From a virus (taxonomy: Duplodnaviria; Caudoviricetes), in the IMG/VR virus record IMGVR_UViG_3300010052_000153, positions 18,928 to 82,927 of that record: a stretch of 64,000 nt of DNA. One strand, 5' to 3'. The notes under the pieces are model-generated. The model had not been told where the DNA came from and did not search any database. It saw only the letters and a list, made by a program, of their open reading frames with translations. A program made the translations under genes and the position numbers. Numbering within the stretch: the first letter of the stretch is position 1; each line of letters opens with the position of its first letter. Shown here one piece after another: positions 1-9,864 of the stretch.

Positions 1-1562
1 CCGACCGGCTCGAACTCGACGTTCAGGAAGACCTTCCCGTCCGCATTCAGGATCGGGGTGTTCAGGTCGGACAGCCAGACTCTGCCACCAAGGATGTCGT
101 CGTTGTTCTTGAAGACGCGAAGGGCGGCATTGCCGTCCTCGACTATCATCTTCAAATTGCCCTTGGTAAACTTGCGGTCGACGTAGACGAAATAGAGGTC
201 CTCAAGGGCCTCGTTGATCATGTCCGCCGTGGCTCGAACGCTGTCGAACGACCAAATGAGGTCGTCCGTGGCTAGCCGCGAACCCCACGTACGGAAGCCG
301 CCACGCTCATTGATGATCGTGTTGACGTGCCGTTCGTTGAGGTAATTGCTATCGACCGGATAGTGGATAGTGCGGGCTACGCCGTCGATCGTGCGAATGA
401 TCTTGTTCGAGACCGAACCCGAGACACCTTCACTGGACGCGACGACGCGCGCCCGCACACCCGCCCACACTGGTGCAGATGGTTTCTGCACCGGCACGTT
501 GTTGACGTTTTTCAACGTCTTCGGATCGATAGGCAGGATACGGTTGCTGTTGATCGTGTTGCGCCAGCGCACCGCCTCTTCGTTCGAAGTGTTTGGACCC
601 TCGACATAAGCTCGAGCGCGAACGCCCGGCGTGTGGACTACGGTCTGCAGCGCAGAGATGAACGCATTTGCAACATCGCCGAGATTGGCCGTGGCTGACG
701 CACCCGTTCCACCGCCACCGGTAAAGGCAACGGTCGGGATGGCATCAAAGCCCTTGCCCGCGTCCGTCACGTTCACAGCGATGACCGGACCGCCGAGAAC
801 AGCAGTCAGCACGGCAAGCGTGCCACCACCACCGGACAACGTCACGGTTGGTGCGCTGGTGTAACCAGAGCCGGGATTGGTGATCGTGATCGCATTGATG
901 GCGCCACCGGATACGGCGCACGTCGCCGTCGCCTGTACGCCGTTCTCACCGCTAGGTGCCGAGATCGAAATGGTTGGCGCCGTCGCATAATCCTGACCAG
1001 CATTGGTGATGGTCAGCGACGCGACTTTGTGCTTGTTGATCACCGCAGTCGCGGCTGCGGTTTCCTCAGGCGTGCCCCCGGCAAACGAGACGGTAGGGGC
1101 GCTAGTGTAGTTGTTGCCACCGTTCGTCAGCGTGACAGAAACAACACCATCCTCGATGTAGGTTCCCGTGTTACCTTCGGTGATGATGACGCGCGGCTTG
1201 ATGCCAAGAAGACCCTTCACACGCAACAGCGCATAGACACCAGTGCGATCCGAAGCATCGCCGATCAGATTGTCTTGCTTCTCATTGGCGTTGGCGCCAG
1301 CCGCGACGCGATTGACGACAGCGTAAGTGCCACCCTCACCAAAATACGTCTCAAGGGACTCTTTCAGCCAGCCAGCGCCAAGTAGCGCCACCTGCGACAG
1401 TGACGTCACCAGTTTCGGGGTATCGATCGGATAGGAAGCAGGGTCTGCATCAGGCGCGGTCCCGTTCAAGAACGTCACACCGAAATTAGACACACGGAGG
1501 ATGGACGGCGTGTTGGCGCTCTCTTCGAGCTTTACGCCATGCCAGTAGGAAAGGTCGGCCAC
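1..1562 (-). CDS. Contractile tail sheath protein (P2 FI-like), 3' end beyond window
   Basis: Manual translation from GTG at 1562: VADLSYWHGVKLEES...GFRTWGSRL...VRATADMINEAL...GGRVW. Absent from the ORF track because it is truncated. Confidence 0.85.
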   Translation of the reverse strand, partial: MADLSYWHGVKLEESANTPSILRVSNFGVTFLNGTAPDADPASYPIDTPKLVTSLSQVALLGAGWLKESLETYFGEGGTYAVVNRVAAGANANEKQDNLIGDASDRTGVYALLRVKGLLGIKPRVIITEGNTGTYIEDGVVSVTLTNGGNNYTSAPTVSFAGGTPEETAAATAVINKHKVASLTITNAGQDYATAPTISISAPSGENGVQATATCAVSGGAINAITITNPGSGYTSAPTVTLSGGGGTLAVLTAVLGGPVIAVNVTDAGKGFDAIPTVAFTGGGGTGASATANLGDVANAFISALQTVVHTPGVRARAYVEGPNTSNEEAVRWRNTINSNRILPIDPKTLKNVNNVPVQKPSAPVWAGVRARVVASSEGVSGSVSNKIIRTIDGVARTIHYPVDSNYLNERHVNTIINERGGFRTWGSRLATDDLIWSFDSVRATADMINEALEDLYFVYVDRKFTKGNLKMIVEDGNAALRVFKNNDDILGGRVWLSDLNTPILNADGKVFLNVEFEPV

Positions 1563-1579
1563 GCGGGGCGCTCCTTGGA

Positions 1580-1612
1580 AAAGAAAAAGCCCGCCGGGTG
1601 AGGGCAGGCTTT
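1580..1612 (-). terminator. Rho-independent terminator upstream of sheath gene
   Basis: Minus strand AAAGCCTGCCCTCACCCGGCGGGC followed by TTTTTCTTTT. Confidence 0.5.
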
Positions 1613-1643
1613 GGGATGGACAGAAATTGGCGGCTTCGGCGGA

Positions 1644-2129
1644 CTAGGTCGGCCAGCCTTGGGTGATGTCGATCGCGTCGAGGTCTTCTTCGTCTTCGGC
1701 AGCGAGCACGAGATCCTTCAGGTCTCGGCCCTGCTGCCGGATCTGCGCGTACCGGTCGCCAACCATCGCGGCCAAACCGAGCGCTTCCTGCGGGGTCGCC
1801 AGGGGGATGCGAACATTCTCCTTGGTGATCCAGCCTTGCTGGTAGCTCTCGGGCCAGGGGATGGCCGAGGACGCGGCGGCGAGAGCCGTCGTGCCCATAG
1901 CCGTCAGGTCAGCGCGTGAGCCGTCGTCGAGCGCGACGTGCAGAACGACCTCAGGCGCGACTTCGACAGGCGCGCCGGCGTCGAGTTCGACGGCCACGCG
2001 GTCATTAACGGCCGCGAGCTTGGCCGCCTGAAGTTCGCTGAAAGTCGGCGGTGGCAGCGTCGGAAACACGTCCTCGACCGGAAGCAGAATCTCGACGCCA
2101 TCGCGGTAGACGCTGACTGTTTCCGTCAT
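1644..2129 (-). CDS. Tail fibre assembly/chaperone-like protein (DUF4376-like)
   Basis: C-terminal LKDLVLAAEDEEDLDAIDITQGWP typical of these proteins; ATGA overlap with the upstream gene places the start at 2129. Confidence 0.6.
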   Translation of the reverse strand: MTETVSVYRDGVEILLPVEDVFPTLPPPTFSELQAAKLAAVNDRVAVELDAGAPVEVAPEVVLHVALDDGSRADLTAMGTTALAAASSAIPWPESYQQGWITKENVRIPLATPQEALGLAAMVGDRYAQIRQQGRDLKDLVLAAEDEEDLDAIDITQGWPT

Positions 2130-2767
2130 GCCGGCCTCCGCAGCGAGTAGAGTGTCGCGATGCACGACGCGATATTGCCGGCATTGAACTTGAGCCGAAG
2201 ACCGTTGATCGCGGTCGTACCGGCCAAGCGTCCGGCGCCGGCAACACGAGCGATGTCACCGTTCGCGTTGACATAGGTGCCGTCAAACAGACACTGGAAA
2301 TGCTGGGTTGCAGACGGTCGGAACACTTTCACAAGGCCCGACCATCCGACTTCGTTGGCAGCATTGCCGATGCTGTTGCCGCCGGTGATGTCGATGAAGT
2401 TGCCCGCGCCTCCGAAAGATGGCGGAGGACTCGGCGGATTGGCTGAGCTCTGCGTGTAGCCGATTGACGTGTATCCCGACGACAAAAACGTCGATCCGCC
2501 GTCCGTCGACACCACGAACTGCAGTCCAGAGCCATCAGACGACGGAATCGCGTTGTGGATCGCCAGCCAGAATTCATCGGAGGACGAATTGACGCCCGAC
2601 ACAAAGTCGAGCGCCGCCACCGGCGAGCTTACGACCTGGCGCGAGACGACCACCAGGCCGATCTTCGCGTCGGTCGCAAGGCGGTCGGTTTCAAGCGCGG
2701 CATCAAGCAGCCGGTTGACGTGCTCTGGCCCCATGGAGCCGGCGCGGAGACGTGTCGCAATCGTCAT
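2126..2767 (-). CDS. Tail-associated hypothetical protein
   Basis: 213 aa ORF, translationally coupled within the tail fibre cluster; ends GNIASCIATLYSL. Confidence 0.6.
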   Translation of the reverse strand: MTIATRLRAGSMGPEHVNRLLDAALETDRLATDAKIGLVVVSRQVVSSPVAALDFVSGVNSSSDEFWLAIHNAIPSSDGSGLQFVVSTDGGSTFLSSGYTSIGYTQSSANPPSPPPSFGGAGNFIDITGGNSIGNAANEVGWSGLVKVFRPSATQHFQCLFDGTYVNANGDIARVAGAGRLAGTTAINGLRLKFNAGNIASCIATLYSLRRPA

Positions 2768-4575
2768 AGCGCGGACATCTCCTGCAGCTTGGAATTTGTG
2801 GCCAGGCCCGGCGAGTACGCGAAACGTCGGATCGTGCCGGAAAGCACATTGAGACCGGACTGAGTGGCGCCGAGGCGGAGCTGGTTCATCGCGCGTGAGG
2901 GATTGCCGCCGGTTGCAGTTACGGCCGCGCCACCGTTGAGAGACCCGGCAAGGTCACCGTCTTTCCAACGAAGCGCCACGTTGCATACGGCGAAGTCGCT
3001 GGCGACACCGAGGTTGATGCTCATGACAGCGACACCGCCGACATCGACCCTCGCCACGAGCGTCCTGTCCGACGATTGGCGAAAAAGCACGACGCGATTG
3101 TTAGCCGAGCCGTCCGAAAAATAAGCCAACGCCTGATTGCTGTTCACTATCGGGCCGAACATCCCCCGCACAAACACGGTGCCGGCCTCAGGCCGCACCT
3201 GCTGTGAGAAGTCCGTGCCGTTGATCAGCAGGACATCTGTCGCGCGCGATGCCGCGCTCCCGTTGGACCGCATGTACGAGGACGCCGAGAGCTTCGCCGG
3301 CTCGACCTGAAGACCCCATACGTACGGCTGATTTCCGCCTACACCTTCAATGTCGAGTCGCGCCGTCGAATGGAAAAAGCCGGAGCCGACGGGGCGAGCC
3401 AGAAGCTGCGCACTGAAATGATACCATCCGTTGGGAAGCGCGGTGCGAACGACGTTCTTTAGGTACGTCTGATCCGGGTTCGCGGCATCGAAATTGAAGT
3501 CGAAACTGCCGACGTCGAAGATGTTCCCGCCGTTGATCTCCTGCCACGGTTGCAGCCGGATGAAATTTTCCGAGCCCGTCCGTTTTGCGGCGAAGAACGA
3601 TAGCGCAACCGAAGTCGCGCTCGCGCCATTGAACGTCATCACGGTCTCGCCAAGGGCGGGATAGTACGCACCCAAATCGCCACGCGGGTTGATTTTGGCG
3701 GCATCAAACACTGCGACTGCGGCGCTCCAGCCTTGGGCCGCCGTGATAGTTTCCGACTGAGTCAGCGCGTTGCTTGATGCTTCTTCAACCAGGGCGCCCC
3801 GCGCCACGCCATCGCGGTGCGCGATGCGCAAACCATAGCTGGTTGCGATCAAGCCTCTGGCGTCTTCGAACGCTCCGAGCGTACCGCCGCGCGCGAAACT
3901 GTTGTAAAGCAGCCCTTCCGGCGCTGATAAATCGAGATCGATCGTCGGAGTCAGGCCCGACTTCAGGATCGGGTCCAGCGCCAACGCCGAAGCGGCCGCG
4001 GCAGCCGCGCTGGCAGCCGCCGCATTTTTATCCGTTGCCACGGTGGCCTTGTCGGCCGCCACAGTAGCTTTGTCAGCAGCCACAAGGGCCTTGTCAGCAG
4101 CGACGGTTGCCTTGTCTGCGGCCACGGTGGCCTTATCGGCCGCCACAGTCGTCTTGTCGGCCGTGACGATCGCGCGGTCGGCAGCAGTCTGGCCAGCGGC
4201 CGTGACTGCTGCTGCGGCGTCAACTGTAACCTGCGCGCCGACTGAAACGACAGTGTCGCGAGCGGCGAGAACTGCATTGCGGATCGTTGCCAGGGGCGAC
4301 AGCAGGTCGACCCATGCGCCCCATGAACCATCAGGGTTGCGTAGCCGGAAGAGCGTACCGTCCCATTCATGTTCGGGCACGTTGGCGCCGATCACGGCCT
4401 CGATGGCCGCCTGGCGGGCGATGATCGCCTGCTCGATCGCCTCGATTCGGTCCTCGACCGCGGTGTTGCGGCCTTCGGAATCCTGCACGCGCCGAAGTGC
4501 AAGCTGCACGGCGTCACGCGCCTGCTCGACCAAGGCGATCTGCGCCTCGGTCCACCAGATCTTGTCTTCGGCCAC
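2764..4575 (-). CDS. Tail fibre / receptor-binding protein with heptad-repeat stalk and C-terminal lectin-like (LamG/ConA-like) beta domain
   Basis: 603 aa; ADKATVA repeats; motifs VEEASSNAL, WGLQVE...SSYMRS...RATDVL, GTIRRFAY. Confidence 0.7.
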   Translation of the reverse strand: MAEDKIWWTEAQIALVEQARDAVQLALRRVQDSEGRNTAVEDRIEAIEQAIIARQAAIEAVIGANVPEHEWDGTLFRLRNPDGSWGAWVDLLSPLATIRNAVLAARDTVVSVGAQVTVDAAAAVTAAGQTAADRAIVTADKTTVAADKATVAADKATVAADKALVAADKATVAADKATVATDKNAAAASAAAAAASALALDPILKSGLTPTIDLDLSAPEGLLYNSFARGGTLGAFEDARGLIATSYGLRIAHRDGVARGALVEEASSNALTQSETITAAQGWSAAVAVFDAAKINPRGDLGAYYPALGETVMTFNGASATSVALSFFAAKRTGSENFIRLQPWQEINGGNIFDVGSFDFNFDAANPDQTYLKNVVRTALPNGWYHFSAQLLARPVGSGFFHSTARLDIEGVGGNQPYVWGLQVEPAKLSASSYMRSNGSAASRATDVLLINGTDFSQQVRPEAGTVFVRGMFGPIVNSNQALAYFSDGSANNRVVLFRQSSDRTLVARVDVGGVAVMSINLGVASDFAVCNVALRWKDGDLAGSLNGGAAVTATGGNPSRAMNQLRLGATQSGLNVLSGTIRRFAYSPGLATNSKLQEMSAL

Positions 4576-4590
4576 CGGGGTGTCCTTGCG

Positions 4591-5328
4591 TTAGTAGTAG
4601 AGGATGACGAGACCGCCGCCGCCTGGACCGTCGTTGTTCCAGCCGCCTCGGCCGCCGCCGCCAAACGTTGGCCCCGGCGTTCCGGTGTTGTGCGCGCCGC
4701 CTCCTATGCCGACGAAATCGGCGAAAAGCGTGCTGTCAATGAAGTCGTCGATATCCCAGAACTTCGGCATACGCCAAAGTATGCCGGTCCCGTCGACTAT
4801 TCCGGGCGCGCCATCGCCCCAAGGCGAACCCGCCGATCCGCCGCACAACATCTGGGCGTTACTGACCGTGGAAAAACGGTCTCCGCCCTTGGTGTTGATG
4901 TCGCCGCCCGACCCTTGGCCGCCAACGGCGTTACCGCCGCCCGTCGCCTGCCAGGAAACGCTCCCGACACTCATTGACGAAGTGCCGCCAGCACGATTGC
5001 TCGGGCTGGTGTTGGAGCGGGGGCCAGCGGCGCCGACAACCACCGATATCGTGCTGCCGCGCGGAATCCAAAGCTCCTTGCGAGAAAAGCCGCCGCCGGT
5101 GCCGCTGCCGTTAATGGCGGAAGCATCATTCGCGCTGGAACCGCCGCTACCCGCGCCAAGAACGTCACCGCGGACCCGCACGAGCCCTCTGCGGTCCATC
5201 GGGATGTCTGTCGGGAGCGTGAAAGAAAAGCTGCCCGCGACAGGGAAAATCTTTCGACGCAGGAAGCCGTTTCCGCGACCGGCTGAGACGCCCTCGCCGT
5301 GCGCGATCAAATTGGGGTATCGGCTCAT
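4591..5328 (-). CDS. Glycine-rich tail protein
   Basis: GAGSGGS...GGGFSRK...VVVGAAG...GGGGLVILYY glycine-rich pattern of phage tail proteins. Confidence 0.65.
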   Translation of the reverse strand: MSRYPNLIAHGEGVSAGRGNGFLRRKIFPVAGSFSFTLPTDIPMDRRGLVRVRGDVLGAGSGGSSANDASAINGSGTGGGFSRKELWIPRGSTISVVVGAAGPRSNTSPSNRAGGTSSMSVGSVSWQATGGGNAVGGQGSGGDINTKGGDRFSTVSNAQMLCGGSAGSPWGDGAPGIVDGTGILWRMPKFWDIDDFIDSTLFADFVGIGGGAHNTGTPGPTFGGGGRGGWNNDGPGGGGLVILYY

Positions 5329-5332
5329 GATT

Positions 5333-5659
5333 TTAGCTCACCAACGGGTAGTCGTATTCGCCCCAGGCGACGACGTTGCAGTCCGCGCCTTCGACACGCG
5401 CGTAAGCCTTCTGGTTTGGGAGAAGAACAATCGGCCAATTCCGGATCGGCTCACCGGGCAAAAGGTAGGCGTCGTATTCGATGTAGTCTGCCGCGCTGGG
5501 GGTTGCCGAAGTGCCGATGAACAATCGGAGCTTCGTCGCGGCCACCCCCTTGTTGAGCACGTTGATGTGGCAACGCAGGGCAAGTTCGGCAGTCGCTTCC
5601 GCCACGGCGGCGTAGGTGTTCGCCGCCAGCGCAGTGCGCTTGTTGTATGGGGTTCCCAT
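5333..5659 (-). CDS. Small virion-associated hypothetical protein
   Basis: 108 aa ORF in the tail operon with tight spacing. Confidence 0.55.
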   Translation of the reverse strand: MGTPYNKRTALAANTYAAVAEATAELALRCHINVLNKGVAATKLRLFIGTSATPSAADYIEYDAYLLPGEPIRNWPIVLLPNQKAYARVEGADCNVVAWGEYDYPLVS

Positions 5660-5663
5660 CCGA

Positions 5664-6161
5664 TCACCAGTTCAGGTTGTACCAATTGACCATCTGACTG
5701 ATGACGTTCTTGACGTAAGAGCGCGTCGCGTAGAGCACGCTGCCGCCGTCAATGATCGTCACCTCAGACGCGTTCGTGACCTCCATGATGAGTTTCATGG
5801 ACAGGTCTTCCCCGAAGCCTTCGCCAGGCGTCGGCTTGTACTGCTCGGGGTATTTGCCGATTGCGAGCATCGTTCCGTCGTCAGCGTAGATGCCGACTTC
5901 GCGAATGGTGAACCCGCCCGCCTCCGCCGGCACGATCGTGTCGACGAAGATCCAATTGGCATGATCGGAGTGAATGCCGGCATCCGTGACCGGATGACGG
6001 TTCAACTCGTTGTAGAGTTCGGTTTCGTCGCCCGTCGGCGCAATCTCAGCGCCGTTTCCGTCGCCTATCGCGACCTCGGAGATCACGACCGGCGTCGAGT
6101 TGACCAACGCGTTCGCGAAGGCCGCCAGACCAGCGGCCGTCACCTTTACGTAAAAAGCCAT
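5664..6161 (-). CDS. Tail fibre baseplate-attachment domain protein (P2 gpH N-terminus / DUF3751-like), stand-alone
   Basis: VKVTAAGLAA...AIGDGNG...GGFTIREVGIYADDG...KYPEQYKP motifs. Confidence 0.8.
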   Translation of the reverse strand: MAFYVKVTAAGLAAFANALVNSTPVVISEVAIGDGNGAEIAPTGDETELYNELNRHPVTDAGIHSDHANWIFVDTIVPAEAGGFTIREVGIYADDGTMLAIGKYPEQYKPTPGEGFGEDLSMKLIMEVTNASEVTIIDGGSVLYATRSYVKNVISQMVNWYNLNW

Positions 6162-6164
6162 TGG

Positions 6165-6716
6165 CTACGCCGCCTCGGGGTAAAGCGTCACGGTTCGCGT
6201 ACGGCGCGCGCCCCACGCCGCGATGAACGGGGCTGGCGACCGCTGAGTGACGGATGTTTCGATGGCGTCCAACATTGAGCGGACGTTTTTTGCGGAGTTG
6301 ATGAGGCGCTTCAGCGCCCGCATCTCTTCCCTATTCAGGGTGCTATTGCCCTGCTTTACGATTTTGACCCGGAACTTATACGGGTCACCGCCATACTGAA
6401 ACCACTCGGTGATGTCGGTATCATAGTCGAGGTTTGCCAACGATCTTTTCAGGGCGTACGGAGTCCCCTTAGAACGATGGTAATCGAAGGAACCGGCGAT
6501 GACGGCGCGCTTGTTCGCCTCGGGCCAACTCTCCAAATACTCGTCTACTGATCGATCCCAAGCGAGCCACGGCAGCAGGTCAGCTGGCGACATGTTGGCC
6601 AACACCGACCGACGAATGACGTCCATATCGACGTCAAGAAGTCGCGATTGGGCGCCAGAAAGCGCCTTCATCATACCCGTCGCGCTGGACGGGAGTAGAT
6701 CGTCAGTATCCGCCAT
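6165..6716 (-). CDS. Baseplate protein (P2 gpI-like)
   Basis: LLPWLAWDRSVDE...HRSKGTPYALKR...EWFQYGGDPYKF; TGATG overlap with gpJ gives start 6716. Confidence 0.85.
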   Translation of the reverse strand: MADTDDLLPSSATGMMKALSGAQSRLLDVDMDVIRRSVLANMSPADLLPWLAWDRSVDEYLESWPEANKRAVIAGSFDYHRSKGTPYALKRSLANLDYDTDITEWFQYGGDPYKFRVKIVKQGNSTLNREEMRALKRLINSAKNVRSMLDAIETSVTQRSPAPFIAAWGARRTRTVTLYPEAA

Positions 6717-7678
6717 CAAGCTACCTCGGCCGTGACGGTGATCCCGGAGCACTTAGGCGCGGACCTAGCGCCTGTGACGACGTCAACCGCGGGTGACGTG
6801 ATAATGACGTCGACCACCGGTGAGCGGCCCAGGTCATCGCTCACGTAGAGGGCGGCGGCCAATCGAGAGCGACGGATAGATTCGCCAATCGCATACTGAT
6901 CTTCGACGTATGCGTGGACGGCGGCTTCAGCAGCCTGACGCACGACCTCGGCGCTCGAGCCAGGACGCACTTTGATGGTCGCCACTACCTCGTATTCACT
7001 GATCGTGGCACTCTCCACAATCACGCTATCGGTAAGCGGACGACGGATATCGGCACTTAGATACTCGGAGGCGACTTCCAACAATTCGGGGGACGCCGTA
7101 CCGCCTTCCTCGCGCGACAAGATTGTGACGCGAACCTCACCGGGATCCACATCCTCACCGCTCTCAGGGCCGAATATCGCAGCATCCAACACGTCTTCGT
7201 GCGCGGTCAGCGCGTGATATAGGTAGGCGCCAGCAGGGCCGGCCGTTGACAGCGCCTCCCAGGCCAACTGTGCTCTAACCCGGAATTCGTCGTCGGACTC
7301 ATAAACCGGTGCAATTGGCGGTGTTGTGTTGGGGTCGCCGACGTCAAGCAGTTTGCGAGCAACACCAAGCTCTGCCGCCTTGTTGTCGAGGTCCGTGCCC
7401 GTCGCGTATGCAAGAGTTGCCGCTTTGTACTTGTCATTGCCGACCTGCCGCACGATCATTTCGCGGTAGGCGCAGACCTGAAACACGATATTTATGACAT
7501 CGGTTTCGAGGTCCAACGTGTTGATGATTGGGAGCGACGGCTGACGCACGCGCAAAGCGTTGTAGATTTCCAGAAAGGCCGCCTTACTTTCCGATAGGAT
7601 CCGTTCGAACTCGACCTTCTCGATCGCGTTTGGCGCGGGAAGCAGGCTCAAGTTTATTGCGGAGAAGCGCGTCGACAT
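6716..7678 (-). CDS. Baseplate J-like protein
   Basis: ATGTDLD...ESDDEFRVRAQLAWEALSTAGPAGAY...RPLTDSV motifs. Confidence 0.9.
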   Translation of the reverse strand: MSTRFSAINLSLLPAPNAIEKVEFERILSESKAAFLEIYNALRVRQPSLPIINTLDLETDVINIVFQVCAYREMIVRQVGNDKYKAATLAYATGTDLDNKAAELGVARKLLDVGDPNTTPPIAPVYESDDEFRVRAQLAWEALSTAGPAGAYLYHALTAHEDVLDAAIFGPESGEDVDPGEVRVTILSREEGGTASPELLEVASEYLSADIRRPLTDSVIVESATISEYEVVATIKVRPGSSAEVVRQAAEAAVHAYVEDQYAIGESIRRSRLAAALYVSDDLGRSPVVDVIITSPAVDVVTGARSAPKCSGITVTAEVA

Positions 7679-8058
7679 CAGAGTGTTGCTCCCACAACGA
7701 CGCGCAGGGATGCATCCTCGGCGACCGAGTAGTCGCCAAGGTGGCCGCGCGGAAAATAGAGGCCGAAAATCTCGATGGCCGTGACGCCAGTCGGCTCAAG
7801 CTTGGTGACCGAACCGCGCGCCATGCGAAAGCGCGGCTCCCATCGATGGATCGCTTCAGCCGCTGCAACGTAAATCAGAAGCACATTTCGCGGAGTCATC
7901 TTGCGGTCGACAATGTTCGGAATGTCCGAACCAAAATCGCGCCGCATGACGCGCGTGCCCTTGCGGGTGGTCAGAATGATTGTCAGGGATTGGGCAACGT
8001 GGTCCCAATCGGAAAGGGTGCCGATCTTCTCGGCGCCCATGCCCGTCGAGTCTGCCAA
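7678..8058 (-). CDS. Baseplate wedge protein (gpW/gp25-like)
   Basis: DHVAQSLTIILTTRKGTRVMRRDFGS...WEPR; TTG start with GGAG RBS at 8058. Confidence 0.85.
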   Translation of the reverse strand: MADSTGMGAEKIGTLSDWDHVAQSLTIILTTRKGTRVMRRDFGSDIPNIVDRKMTPRNVLLIYVAAAEAIHRWEPRFRMARGSVTKLEPTGVTAIEIFGLYFPRGHLGDYSVAEDASLRVVVGATL

Positions 8059-8080
8059 AAATTGGACTCCTGGAAGGAGA

Positions 8081-8515
8081 TTAAGGAGTCGCGCCGGGAA
8101 ACATCGTCTGCCAAATCGCGAAGTAATGGTTCTTCGCGTCGGCGCCATCGACTGAATAGCGTGTGCCGCCGGTGTCGGGATGCTCGGGCGGTGCGATCAA
8201 ATAGCCGGTTGCGTATTTGGGGTAGTAGGCAGTCCACTCAAGCGGAGTGAATGTGTAACCGCTACCGCCGGCGTCGATACGCGTGACGCTGTCTGCGTGA
8301 ATCTCCACGCGGGTTCCGCCATCTAACCGCACCAACGGCGCCGTCGTCGTGACGCTGTTCGCTTCGATACGAACGCGGTCACCGCCATTGTCAATGACGA
8401 TGCCGGTTACGCCCGAGTCCGCCTTGATGACGAAGTCATCGCCTTCGAATTCCATGCGCACAACCCGGCCCGCGCCATCATCCAGAAGGATGGCGTTGCC
8501 TGTTAAAGTGGCCAT
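8081..8515 (-). CDS. Spike/baseplate-associated beta-rich protein
   Basis: 144 aa of alternating beta-strand pattern directly after gpV. Confidence 0.5.
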   Translation of the reverse strand: MATLTGNAILLDDGAGRVVRMEFEGDDFVIKADSGVTGIVIDNGGDRVRIEANSVTTTAPLVRLDGGTRVEIHADSVTRIDAGGSGYTFTPLEWTAYYPKYATGYLIAPPEHPDTGGTRYSVDGADAKNHYFAIWQTMFPGATP

Positions 8516-8518
8516 AGA

Positions 8519-9067
8519 TTAGCTCGCTACCGGCGGTGTGTAGACAGCAGATGGCGGCCAAATGCCGACCTCGCTGAAGATGCCGCCCGTGTCGTGAATT
8601 CCTTGGACGGCGTGCACGCGGCCAAGCACCTTTAGATTTCCGTCGACAACGACCAATGGCGAAACGATATCGGTGCGATTGTCCGCGATCGTGATGCGCA
8701 CATCACCCTTTGTGATAACCGCTTCGGGGCCGTCATGGGGACGCGGATTGGCGTTCGAGGGCGTTGACATGTCGATGACTGCATCGGTCAAGTCACCGTT
8801 CTCCGACACCACATCGACCTGCTCACCGACTGTGGGCGGGATATGCGATTTAATGCCGCCGGCTGCGATCTCTTGCCAGGGAATCCAGCCCGTCAAGAAT
8901 GGCTTGTCGTTCTGTCGAGACAGTTCAACGCGCGCCAGTCCTTTGGCGTGATCGACCTCAGCAATCTTGCCTGTTCGCCGCCGATTACGTGCTCGCCGCT
9001 TAAGTTCTTCCAGTTGGTGGAAAATCTCCACGATCTGATCGCGAAGCCTGCTGGAATTCATGGTCAC
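8519..9067 (-). CDS. Baseplate assembly / spike protein V
   Basis: GKIAEVD...ARV...TGWIPW...PPTVGEQV OB-fold motif. Confidence 0.85.
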   Translation of the reverse strand: MTMNSSRLRDQIVEIFHQLEELKRRARNRRRTGKIAEVDHAKGLARVELSRQNDKPFLTGWIPWQEIAAGGIKSHIPPTVGEQVDVVSENGDLTDAVIDMSTPSNANPRPHDGPEAVITKGDVRITIADNRTDIVSPLVVVDGNLKVLGRVHAVQGIHDTGGIFSEVGIWPPSAVYTPPVAS

Positions 9068-9861
9068 GGTGACACCGGTGTCGCTGGCGCTGAATTGACC
9101 TCGACAAACTCGATATCAGCCTCGGCACCCTCCTGCGGCGTGATCAGCATAGCGTCGGCCTCACCCTTTGTGAGTCCGTATCGACGCAGCGCCAACTGCC
9201 AGGCGTGAGGGTCAGCATCCAAAAGGCCGCGAAGCAGCGCAACGCACTTGATCAGAGTCTCACCGCCCTGCGCTTCAGCCTTGGCGAAGAAAAGTGAAAG
9301 CGGATGCGTAGGCGCCAGAGCTACACCGCGCACAGGGTCTGTCCTCAGTGAGGCCACTACTTTCATCTGGTGAGCGGCAAGGCGCACGCCATTGTTATCG
9401 CCGGACGTCCGCAGCCTGTCGACTGATTCAAATCGATCCACAAACTTGCGAAAAATCTCAGCCCACTCGTTGGTGGGGTCCGTCAAGGCGTCTGAAACTT
9501 GTCGAAGGACCGCATCGAGATAGAGCTCAAAGACGTCATCGGTGCCCGGAATATCAACAGGCGCCAATACGGAGTTGCCGTCATCGTCTACGACGGTCTG
9601 CGTTGTGGCGACGCCAGCTTCAAACAGAAACTCTGTCACGCCGTTTGGCACGAGCCCGCGCTGCACCAAGTCCTCGCCCTTGACCTGCCCAGCATCTGTG
9701 TAAACGACGATGAAAAGCTTCTCTTCTTCGGTGCGCAATGCACCATCAGAAGTGACGTCGAACGCACCGATGCGGCTATCCAAGACATTGTTGCCTACCA
9801 TTGTGCGCCCCTTAAGGGCCTCCACGGCGGCAATGCGGGCAGCGATGCGATGGACCGACAT
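9064..9861 (-). CDS. Putative tail completion / neck protein
   Basis: 265 aa ORF positioned between head-tail joining gene and gpV. Confidence 0.5.
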   Translation of the reverse strand: MSVHRIAARIAAVEALKGRTMVGNNVLDSRIGAFDVTSDGALRTEEEKLFIVVYTDAGQVKGEDLVQRGLVPNGVTEFLFEAGVATTQTVVDDDGNSVLAPVDIPGTDDVFELYLDAVLRQVSDALTDPTNEWAEIFRKFVDRFESVDRLRTSGDNNGVRLAAHQMKVVASLRTDPVRGVALAPTHPLSLFFAKAEAQGGETLIKCVALLRGLLDADPHAWQLALRRYGLTKGEADAMLITPQEGAEADIEFVEVNSAPATPVSP

Positions 9862-9864
9862 AGC

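Noticed and set aside
327-1385. Plus-strand ORFs over the first 1.4 kb
   Set aside because: Shadows of the minus-strand tail sheath gene.
2764-6161. Diversity-generating retroelement or invertible tail-fibre cassette
   Set aside because: No reverse transcriptase, template/variable repeat pair, invertase or flanking inverted repeats seen in the window.
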